Origin: Clostridiales bacterium
GTDB taxonomy: Bacteria; Bacillota; Clostridia; Saccharofermentanales; Saccharofermentanaceae
NCBI GenBank assembly: GCA_017513085.1
Contig: JAFWDK010000012.1
Location: 8,310-72,309 of the forward strand
Direction of reading: 5' to 3'
Length of the DNA: 64,000 bases
In this document: in pieces, positions 50,819-58,883 of the stretch
How the letters are laid out: every line of letters begins with the position of its first letter
Numbering within the stretch: the stretch's first letter is position 1
Translations under genes and position numbers: made by a program
Notes under the pieces: model-generated
Told to the model about the DNA's origin: nothing
The model's input: only the letters and a program-made list of their open reading frames with translations
Database searches by the model: none

Positions 50819-51682
50819 ATGTCGGACGATGCGCATGCCATTTCGAAAGATACGGATCGTTCGGATAAGCGTGCACTGCGCCTTTTGAAGAGGAAGAACA
50901 GGGCATTCGAACTCGATCTTCTTCGTGGTCTGGCGATGTGTGTTATGCTTTGGATGCATACCGCCTGGGATCTGCGCTATATCTTCGGCTATAACATTTT
51001 TTCCTGTATTGAACCGGATAACAAGATCTTCTGGGGATTCGTCCATCCGTTTTTCTTAAGCGTCTTCGTGGTGGTTTCCGGTATCTGTTGCCAGTTTTCC
51101 AAGAATAATTTCAAGCGTGCCCTGAAGCTCGGGATCATCGCGATCCTTTTTACTATCGGCACCGTAACGATCGACCATTTCCTCGATATGGGCTGTACCG
51201 TGTATTTTAATGTGCTGCATCTTCTTACGATCGGAATGTTCCTGTTCGCGATCTTTGACCATGTCGAGCAGAAGAAGACAGAGACCCGCGACAGCCGTGG
51301 GGGAACCATGTTCCTGCTTCTCGTGCTTCTGGTCTTTTTTATCCTTACCCATGCACTTCCATATTACGATGGCATGTTTAAGACTCCATGGGTCTTTATT
51401 GTCGGACTGGAACCGGATCCGGCCTACTCGACGGCCTCGCTTCATATGGCCGACCAGATCGGCATCGTGCCGTGGCTCGGAATGTTCTTCTTCGGCGTTT
51501 TGATCGGACGCATGGCCTATAAAGAGAAGAAGACGTTCTTCCCGGGTGCGCCGAAAGCCGTCCGTGCCATCTCTTCACCGATCGAGTGGATCGGCAGGCA
51601 TTCCCTGATCATCTACCTCGTCCACCAGCCGCTCACCATGGGCATTCTGAAAGGCCTTCAGTTTCTGGGGGTGATCAAGTGA
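50819..51682 (+). CDS. DUF1624 / heparan-alpha-glucosaminide N-acetyltransferase-like membrane protein
   Basis: 'ELDLLRGLA', 'YFNVLH', 'PWLG', 'GRHSLIIYLVHQP'. Confidence 0.85.
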   Translation: MSDDAHAISKDTDRSDKRALRLLKRKNRAFELDLLRGLAMCVMLWMHTAWDLRYIFGYNIFSCIEPDNKIFWGFVHPFFLSVFVVVSGICCQFSKNNFKRALKLGIIAILFTIGTVTIDHFLDMGCTVYFNVLHLLTIGMFLFAIFDHVEQKKTETRDSRGGTMFLLLVLLVFFILTHALPYYDGMFKTPWVFIVGLEPDPAYSTASLHMADQIGIVPWLGMFFFGVLIGRMAYKEKKTFFPGAPKAVRAISSPIEWIGRHSLIIYLVHQPLTMGILKGLQFLGVIK

Positions 51683-52833
51683 GGGAGAAAAAGAAGCGGA
51701 TTCTTTTTCTTTGGGGCGCCGGCATCGTGCTGCCTCTGCTGCTGATCGGACTTCTTTATGTGTTGCAAAGATTTCTCATTTCGTATCCAGCTATAGGCGA
51801 GGCCTATGCGAGAGGACCTTTCAAGTTTTTATCCTATCTCCCGTCGAGGCTTTCGAGCCTTGTCCCGATCTCGATCACGGAAGTTCTCTGTTTGACGGCG
51901 GCCCTGGCGTCTCCTTTCCTGATCGCCTGGTTTATCCTGCGCATAGTCAGATCTATAAGGCAGAAAAAAGGTCGGAAGTTTTTCTTCGGAAAAGCACGCA
52001 TCCTGACCTGGGGGCTTTTTGCCATGTATGCGTTTTTCATGCTCTTTCATGGCATCAACTACACACGCCGTCCGCTCGAGGAATCTCTGGGATTCGGGCA
52101 GAGGACATATACTGTCGAGGAACTTGGCGAAGTATATATATGGGTGATCCTTCAGATCAACGAGGCGAGGACGAAGAGTTTTGAGGACGAAAACGGCGTC
52201 ATCGCGTATCCGGGCGGAATGAATGTGTTCTGGGATGAGGCGCAGAGACACTATAGGGATGCAGCATCGATCTTTCCTTCGCTTCAGGGAAATGTGGGCA
52301 GGCCCAAACCGGTCGCAGCATCCCGCTACTGGTCCTACACGAACATTGTAGGCCTTTACGACCCGTTCCTGTGCGAATGCAACGTCAACAAAGCCACCAC
52401 ATTTACGGAAATCGCGAGCAGTGCTTTTCACGAAATGTCTCATCTAAACGGATATGCCGTCGAGAACAATGCGAATCTGGCATCCATGCTCATCCGCATG
52501 AACTGCGACAAGCCGGAGATCCGCTATAGCGGGTTCTCGGACGCGCTGCCCCTGATCGAGGAGGATTTTGTCAAAGCGTTCAACGGAAATTCCGACGTCA
52601 TCCGACAGGTCCTCGAGCAGGTGCCGCTCTGCGACGGATTCTACCGGGACTGGGCGGCTCGTGTCGAATTCTGGGACAGCATCAACCCGCCGCCGATCGT
52701 GGAGACGGTGTCGAATAATGTCAACGATTCTTTTCTCAAGGTCAACCAGCAGAAAGAGGGCGTGCAGAGTTACCATGTGCAGCCTTCGGTGGTGGCCGAT
52801 TATTACTATACTTACGTGAAACCGCAGGAGTGA
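51679..52833 (+). CDS. DUF3810 family membrane zincin-like protein
   Basis: GTG start overlapping the previous stop; 'GINYTR', 'GLYDPF..ECNVN', 'HEMSH..G...E'. Confidence 0.8.
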   Translation: MREKKKRILFLWGAGIVLPLLLIGLLYVLQRFLISYPAIGEAYARGPFKFLSYLPSRLSSLVPISITEVLCLTAALASPFLIAWFILRIVRSIRQKKGRKFFFGKARILTWGLFAMYAFFMLFHGINYTRRPLEESLGFGQRTYTVEELGEVYIWVILQINEARTKSFEDENGVIAYPGGMNVFWDEAQRHYRDAASIFPSLQGNVGRPKPVAASRYWSYTNIVGLYDPFLCECNVNKATTFTEIASSAFHEMSHLNGYAVENNANLASMLIRMNCDKPEIRYSGFSDALPLIEEDFVKAFNGNSDVIRQVLEQVPLCDGFYRDWAARVEFWDSINPPPIVETVSNNVNDSFLKVNQQKEGVQSYHVQPSVVADYYYTYVKPQE

Positions 52834-52836
52834 GCC

Positions 52837-54279
52837 ATGCTGACGATCCGACTGATTGGACATGAACATTTTTATCCGCTGTGCGATGTGGCGCGTCTGT
52901 TTACGGGCGTGATCCCACGCGTGGATGGGGATACGATCCGGGTGGACGTTCCGTCCGAGGCCGTGATCGAGAGCCGTTTGTCCGAGGGAAAAGCACTGAC
53001 TTCGGTTGTGGAGGGTTTTCCCGAGCTTGTGGGGGAGCTTCGTGCGGTGCGAAAGCAGGAGGATCTTCCGTCTTCGCGGGAGTGCAAGAGACAGCTGTAT
53101 GTTCTTCTTTCCAGGGCGTACGGGAAAGAGTTTCCCTGGGGCGCGCTGACCGGGATCCGTCCGACGCAGGTAGCCCGGGAAGTGGACCGAGCGGAAGATC
53201 TGATGCGGATCTACGGCGTGCGTGAGGATAAGGCGAAGCTTGCTTTTGCGACCATGCGTGGAGAAGATGATGTGCTGGCGGATTCGGATCCCGAGAGCCT
53301 GCATGTATATATCGGCATACCATTCTGTCCGACGAGATGCGCGTACTGTTCTTTTGTCGCACAGGAAGCGCCCCGGAAAACGAAGCTTCTGCCATCTTAC
53401 GCGGAGGCGGTGCTTCGGGAACTGGATCTGGTCCTGCCGAAGATACGTAAGCCGATCGAGACGCTGTATATCGGCGGAGGAACGCCTACAGTCCTGGATG
53501 ATGAGCTTTTTACGGAATTCATCCGGGGCGTGTTTTCCCATCCTGAGTTTTCGAGCCTTCGGGAAGTGACGGTAGAAGCGGGAAGACCGGATACCATTAC
53601 GGAGAAAAAACTGGCTGCTCTTCGGGAAGCGGGAGTGACGCGGATCTGCATCAACCCGCAGACTTTGTCCGACGCGACGCTTCTTCGTGTCGGCAGAAAG
53701 CACACTGCCGAGGACTTCCTTAGAAAATTCGAGCTGGCCCGCTCAATGGGCTTTTCGGTCATCAACACGGACCTGATCGCCGGCCTTCCGGGTGAAAGCG
53801 CGGAAGAATTCTGTGATTCGCTTTCTCAGCTGATCGGGCTTGGTCCGGAGAACATCACGGTGCATTCTCTCTCGAAAAAGAGAAGAGCCGACCTTTCCCG
53901 TGAAGAGGTCCTTCGCGAGCAGGAGGAAGAGCTCGGGAAAATGGAGCAAATGCTTTCGTTTTCTTCGCGCGTGTTGTCTGAAGCGGGTTATGCGCCGTAC
54001 TATCTTTATAAGCAGAAAGACACCTTGGGCGGTCACGAGAATGTGGGTTACCAGAAAGACGGCACGAGCTGTATCTATAATGTCGCCATGATGAGTGACC
54101 AGAGAAGTGTCCTGTCTTTCGGCGCGGGCGGCATGAGCAAGAGAGTCTTCCTTCAGGAAGAAAGCCACCAGGTCCGGATCGAACGGTGCCCGTGCATCAA
54201 GGACGCCATCCAGTACATCGAAAATGTCGAGAAGATGGCTGAAAAGAAAGTGCTTTTCTTTCAGACGGAGGGAAAGTGA
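52837..54279 (+). CDS. hemZ: Radical SAM coproporphyrinogen dehydrogenase-like HemZ
   Basis: 'PWGALTGIRP', 'CPTRCAYC', 'GGGTP', 'EAGRPDT', 'PYYLYKQK'. Confidence 0.9.
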   Translation: MLTIRLIGHEHFYPLCDVARLFTGVIPRVDGDTIRVDVPSEAVIESRLSEGKALTSVVEGFPELVGELRAVRKQEDLPSSRECKRQLYVLLSRAYGKEFPWGALTGIRPTQVAREVDRAEDLMRIYGVREDKAKLAFATMRGEDDVLADSDPESLHVYIGIPFCPTRCAYCSFVAQEAPRKTKLLPSYAEAVLRELDLVLPKIRKPIETLYIGGGTPTVLDDELFTEFIRGVFSHPEFSSLREVTVEAGRPDTITEKKLAALREAGVTRICINPQTLSDATLLRVGRKHTAEDFLRKFELARSMGFSVINTDLIAGLPGESAEEFCDSLSQLIGLGPENITVHSLSKKRRADLSREEVLREQEEELGKMEQMLSFSSRVLSEAGYAPYYLYKQKDTLGGHENVGYQKDGTSCIYNVAMMSDQRSVLSFGAGGMSKRVFLQEESHQVRIERCPCIKDAIQYIENVEKMAEKKVLFFQTEGK

Positions 54280-54374
54280 CAAAAGGTGTAGTAAAGCCCG
54301 GCGGGAATTGGGTATAATACATGCTGACACACGGGTTGCCGTGATTGGATGGGAAGGGAGAAGAGCGAGGCCGC

Positions 54375-56084
54375 ATGGATCAAGAGGCGTTTCGGAAACT
54401 GAAAGACCGGGTTTTCGGGGAAGAGAAGAAGCTTCACCGCGCCTTCTATCTCGGCGTGTTCGCGTTCGTCTCGCTTTTTCTTTTCTATAACCTCTACCGC
54501 ATCGTGTTCGCGGTCCACGACGACATCCTGATGTACGCCATCGCAAGAAACGGCAACATCGGGGAAGAAGCGCTTTGTGCCGCGAAATTCGGGCGGCTCT
54601 CGCAACTGTGGGATTATCTGTTGCTGTCGATCCCGTTCCTGGCGAACAAGCTTTGGTTCTACAAGATGATCGCCTATTTATCCATTCTTTTCGATGTCTG
54701 GGCGATGTGGTATTTCGTCCGCAAGCACATCGACCGGTCGTTTGCGGATCTTTGCGCGATCAGTTTTATGGCGTTTGCGACCATCTCGCCGCAGCACAAT
54801 CTTTTCATCACATACGCACTGTGCCACCAGATCCCGATCGGACTGTTCTTCCTGGCACTGCACTATTTCCTTAGATTTTACGAGGGCAAACGCAAGAAGG
54901 ATCAGATCCTCTCCTGCGTGTTCTATCTTGCGTCCTGCATGATCTACGAAACATTCCTCGTGCTCATGCTGGTCTTCGGCGTGGCCGCGTGTTTTCTCGT
55001 CGGCCGGGAGAAGAAGGGTTTCCTGAAATTCTGCCGCGACGTGCTGCTCCTGATCCTGCCGCAGCTCCTCTGCGCCGCCTCTTACGCGGTCGCGCACACG
55101 GTCTGGCAGCACTACTATCCGTCGCCGTACGAGGGGCTCTCGCTCTATCTGGACGAGCCGCTCTACAGCGCCAAAGCCGTTTACAAGTTCAGCATCTCGC
55201 TTTTCCCGCTGGAATCCATGAACTGGCTCCACAAGACAGAAGGCATCACGTTCGCACAATTCCTCCACGGCATTACGATCGCCAGTGTGGCAAAAGCACT
55301 TCTCGTGGCGGGTGCTTTTGGCCTGGTATTGGCGATGGTGGCGAAGCGTGTGAAGTTCAAGGGCCATCTTGCCGTGATGGCGGTCGGTACGCTTGCGCCG
55401 TGCATCCTGATCGGTTTCAACCTGAAATACGTGAATGTGGCCAAAAGCGGTGTCACGACGTATATTCCGTCGTTTTACAGTTATGTGTTCCTGATCGTTT
55501 TGTTTTGCGGGCTGGTGTGCCTGGTGTATAAGTTCCTGAAACCGTTGTGGCTGCGTGGTTTGTACGTGGCGGCCGTTTTGGGGCTCGTGATCGTGCTGAG
55601 CCTGGCTTCGGATTTTACGGTGGACTACTGGAAAGCGCGCTTCCTGCCGCAGGAAGTCCGTTACGAGAATTTCGACCGGGCGGTGTCTTCCGATGTGGTG
55701 ACGAACTGCGATGCTTCCTGGCAGATCTATGCGCCGGACAACACGGGCATCCATTCTTACGAGGGCTACACGCTGAAGTACCTGATGATCTACGACGATA
55801 CGCCGGCCGGCGGGTTTGTCCTGAATGCAAGCGAGATCGACTGGAGCAAGCATGTTCTGTGCCTGCGTTCGGATATCTCGTATCAGTTTATGGTGGCGGC
55901 GGAAGTGGACGAGAACTATATGACGGACAAGATTGCATTCTTTACGTCGCTCGATGAACCCCGAAACATCGTCCTTCAGACCGATGACGGGGAAGAGGTG
56001 ATCTACCAGAACGTCTCAGACGGCGATGTGATCGAAAGCCCTGAAGGCAAGCGCTTCGACATGTCTTACCGGGCGCATTCGTGA
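54375..56084 (+). CDS. Multi-pass membrane protein (GT-C/GtrII-like glycosyltransferase candidate)
   Basis: About 11 TM segments, early 'HDD' loop, 'GR', 'IYE'; C-terminal soluble domain. Confidence 0.6.
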   Translation: MDQEAFRKLKDRVFGEEKKLHRAFYLGVFAFVSLFLFYNLYRIVFAVHDDILMYAIARNGNIGEEALCAAKFGRLSQLWDYLLLSIPFLANKLWFYKMIAYLSILFDVWAMWYFVRKHIDRSFADLCAISFMAFATISPQHNLFITYALCHQIPIGLFFLALHYFLRFYEGKRKKDQILSCVFYLASCMIYETFLVLMLVFGVAACFLVGREKKGFLKFCRDVLLLILPQLLCAASYAVAHTVWQHYYPSPYEGLSLYLDEPLYSAKAVYKFSISLFPLESMNWLHKTEGITFAQFLHGITIASVAKALLVAGAFGLVLAMVAKRVKFKGHLAVMAVGTLAPCILIGFNLKYVNVAKSGVTTYIPSFYSYVFLIVLFCGLVCLVYKFLKPLWLRGLYVAAVLGLVIVLSLASDFTVDYWKARFLPQEVRYENFDRAVSSDVVTNCDASWQIYAPDNTGIHSYEGYTLKYLMIYDDTPAGGFVLNASEIDWSKHVLCLRSDISYQFMVAAEVDENYMTDKIAFFTSLDEPRNIVLQTDDGEEVIYQNVSDGDVIESPEGKRFDMSYRAHS

Positions 56085-56345
56085 GTTTTCTAAAAAGAAA
56101 ATTCCAATTGCGCGGATCTGTGCGGTTAAAGGCTTTTCGTGCATATTGCCGATGCACATGTGTTAAAAAAACAATAATTTTGATATCTCATCTATTCTAA
56201 TCTGTAGTATAATGTTCGATGTGATGAAATGCACAAATGTACGTTGCCGGTATGGCAAGAGAAGCGGAATGCCTTATGATCAGGCGCTTCTTGGGAACCG
56301 GTAGCGGTAATGAGATCAAATCTTATTAGTAAGGTAGGGGGATTT

Positions 56346-57983
56346 ATGCATTTGTTTAGAAACAACAAAGAAGCGAAGAGCAGAAAAAGCCGCTTGCTCT
56401 CCGTAGCTCTCTCAGCGGCACTGGTCCTTGGATCCTTTTCTGTCCTCTCTATGGCAGACACAAAGAGCGAAGCCGCTCCGGCAAATCAGGTAGTCGAGAA
56501 TACTGCGAAGGTGGCTTCAAAAGCACTTCCTATGACGCCAACACCGGGGCCAACTGCACCTGCACCGACACAAGGACCGGTATCTTGTGGTACGAACGCT
56601 TACTATGAATTAAATGAAGAAGGCTTGCTTACGATTTTTTCTTTGGAATCTGGAAGCTCTACAGTCACAAAGCAAGACTGGCAGTATAATACAAGAATTA
56701 AAAAAATTCATTTTGCTTTGCAGGATAATAACACTTTAACTGTTAACAGCTCAACATTTAATGGCTTGACTGCTTTAACATCAGTTGAAGTGGATGAGTG
56801 CGCTGAGGTGCAGTTTGGTTCAATGACGTTCTATAACTGTAATTCATTGAAAACGATGAACATAAATGCGCACAAAGTGAATTTTGAAGGGGATTGTCTT
56901 GGAGGTTATCCATTTATTTCGGCTAACATTTATTTGCCATATGTGAATAGTGTAAGTGATTTTGATCTTTCACAAAATGGCGATAGGGCTTATGGAGAAT
57001 TAACATTTCATTTTGTAAATGCTGAAGTAGCAAATTCTTTAGCAATCAGAGCAAAAGATCAAGAAGCGTACTTTGGTAACTATGTTTGTGATAATGGTGA
57101 TAATCCAACTCCGACGCCGCTTCCTGGTGGGGCTGCTTTTAGCGTAGCAACAGATGGATCCCGAATTGCGTTGGTAATACAACTCGAGAGAATTGAAAAC
57201 TCTGATTATCATGCATATGATGTTACGATCGATGAAGTCACTTATAGAGACGGTACTCAGAATGATATAATTGACGAAAATGGTAAGGTCTGGCTTACAT
57301 GTGATGTGAAAGATTTTGACCAAAAGTATAATATAAAAGTTCTTGTTCATAATGGAGCTGACACCGTTCTGTATGAGGGTTCCCTTTCTGTAGCAGATTT
57401 TCTGAATAGAATGATTCAAGATCCTCAAACAGATAGAGTGAGTAGAGAACAAGCAACAGCAATGATGGACTATTGTTGTGCTGCAAAGAAGTATTTCAAT
57501 GCAAGTACTCCTCTTGAAAATCTTCCCAACGGCGGAAACTTTTACAGACTTAATGACGATTCGGTTTTCCCGACAGATACTTATGATGGTCTCGCTTTCG
57601 CAAGAGCTTTGCACCTTGATAAGTCTGTATATGCCGGTATTACTTTGCGGTTCAATGCAAAACTGGATTTCTATATGTTCTTCAAAGTAAAGGATGGTTT
57701 TACTGCAGCAGCAGCTGAGGCTGAACTGAAAGATCGCTATTTAAATACACAAACTGAGCAGATCGGCTTTATCACGAATGAAGAGTTCGGATATGTAGTA
57801 TTGCATCGTTCGTCTTCGGATGTGAATGCAACACTCATCTCATTTGACATCAATGGCGATACACAGAGTGTAGCCATCAAGGACTATATTGTGAAGGTTT
57901 TACAGCAGACAGATCCTGCTTATGAGAATCTCCAGAGACTCTGTAAAGCGCTCTACCTTATTAATCCCGCTGTTGGAATTTGA
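56346..57983 (+). CDS. Secreted protein with BspA-type LRR segment
   Basis: Signal peptide, PT linker, 'CGTNAYYEL..GLLTI', 'TFNGLTALTSV', 'TFYNCNSLKTM'. AT-rich relative to its neighbours. Confidence 0.75.
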   Translation: MHLFRNNKEAKSRKSRLLSVALSAALVLGSFSVLSMADTKSEAAPANQVVENTAKVASKALPMTPTPGPTAPAPTQGPVSCGTNAYYELNEEGLLTIFSLESGSSTVTKQDWQYNTRIKKIHFALQDNNTLTVNSSTFNGLTALTSVEVDECAEVQFGSMTFYNCNSLKTMNINAHKVNFEGDCLGGYPFISANIYLPYVNSVSDFDLSQNGDRAYGELTFHFVNAEVANSLAIRAKDQEAYFGNYVCDNGDNPTPTPLPGGAAFSVATDGSRIALVIQLERIENSDYHAYDVTIDEVTYRDGTQNDIIDENGKVWLTCDVKDFDQKYNIKVLVHNGADTVLYEGSLSVADFLNRMIQDPQTDRVSREQATAMMDYCCAAKKYFNASTPLENLPNGGNFYRLNDDSVFPTDTYDGLAFARALHLDKSVYAGITLRFNAKLDFYMFFKVKDGFTAAAAEAELKDRYLNTQTEQIGFITNEEFGYVVLHRSSSDVNATLISFDINGDTQSVAIKDYIVKVLQQTDPAYENLQRLCKALYLINPAVGI

Positions 57984-58007
57984 ACATTTGCGAGAGAGGT
58001 GATAACA

Positions 58008-58154
58008 ATGAATAAGATTGAGTATAAAGAATTAGAAATGGAAGTCGTCTTCTTTGATAGCGAAGATGTAATTACAGATTCAACACAGAAGGTTGTAGCA
58101 GATGCGGGCTCTGCACTTCAGGAGACAAATAATCTGGGTAATGTAATGTATTGA
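58008..58154 (+). CDS. 48-aa small peptide (not in ORF track), 'YxxxEMEVVxFxxEDVIT' family
   Basis: GAGGTG RBS; MNKIEYKELEMEVVFFDSEDVITDSTQKVVADAGSALQETNNLGNVMY*; followed by a terminator. Confidence 0.7.
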   Translation: MNKIEYKELEMEVVFFDSEDVITDSTQKVVADAGSALQETNNLGNVMY

Positions 58155-58181
58155 TTTCCGGATATTGATTGAGTAGTTCAA

Positions 58182-58220
58182 GAAAGGGTGTCACTCGTGA
58201 CACCCTTTCACTTTTTCTTC
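58182..58220 (+). terminator. Intrinsic terminator
   Basis: GAAAGGGTGTCAC-tc-GTGACACCCTTTC followed by ACTTTTTCTT. Confidence 0.8.
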
Positions 58221-58301
58221 TTGTTGGAGTGCTGAGATTGGATAGTGCTTTTGCAGGCTGAATACGTATGAAATCGGCAAAAACGGATTTTGACACATAA
58301 T

Positions 58302-58640
58302 GTTAGCTATGGCTAACTGACGGAATTACGGGTGAATTCGTCATTTTCTCAATTTCACCCGTAATCGGCTCGGCTCCATGAAACCAGATTACGGGTGAAT
58401 TCGTCATTTCTTCATTTTCACCCGTAATCGGCCAGGCCTCACGAAAACGGATTACGGGTGAATTCGTCATTTCTTCATTTTCACCCGTAATCGGCCCGGC
58501 CTCACGAAAACGGATTACGGGTGAATTCGCCATTTTTTCAATTTCACCCGTAATCGGCCCGGCTTCTCGAAAACAGATTACGGGTGGATTCGCCATTTCT
58601 TCATTTTCACCCGTAATTTGCACAGTTAGCAAACGCTAAC
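58302..58640. repeat. Intergenic array of five 41-bp palindromic units at 63-bp period, flanked by GTTAGC-N4-GCTAAC hairpins
   Basis: ATTACGGGTGAA-N17-TTCACCCGTAAT at 58325, 58388, 58451, 58514 and 58577 (the last has one substitution). Confidence 0.9.
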
Positions 58641-58883
58641 CGCCGGACCGGCAGCTGGAATCGGTATCAATAAATCCTACATGAAGCCAATCTGGCCGTT
58701 CCCGAGCCGCTAAGCCGCGAGGCTCCGCACCAGGCGTGGAGTTTGCATGAGAGATGCGCTGCAGGTGCCCGGAATTTGTAAACGAACTTGAAATTCTTAG
58801 CGTTTGGCGGTTTTTTCTTTCTGATGAGGAGTAAAATATAGGGTGAACGGTATTTGTGGTTTCACATATTGGGGAGGCTGTTT

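Noticed and set aside
27378-55957. Many long antisense or overlapping ORFs (e.g. 52444-53703, 54678-55853, 45828-46907)
   Set aside because: They mirror well-supported genes and are expected from codon bias in higher-GC DNA.
58325-58617. Second CRISPR array
   Set aside because: The intervening sequences are near-copies of each other, the repeat is unrelated to the I-E repeat, and no cas genes are adjacent.
58303-58632. 109-aa minus-strand repeat ORF
   Set aside because: TTG start without a clear RBS; openness follows from the 63-bp period. Not called as a CDS.
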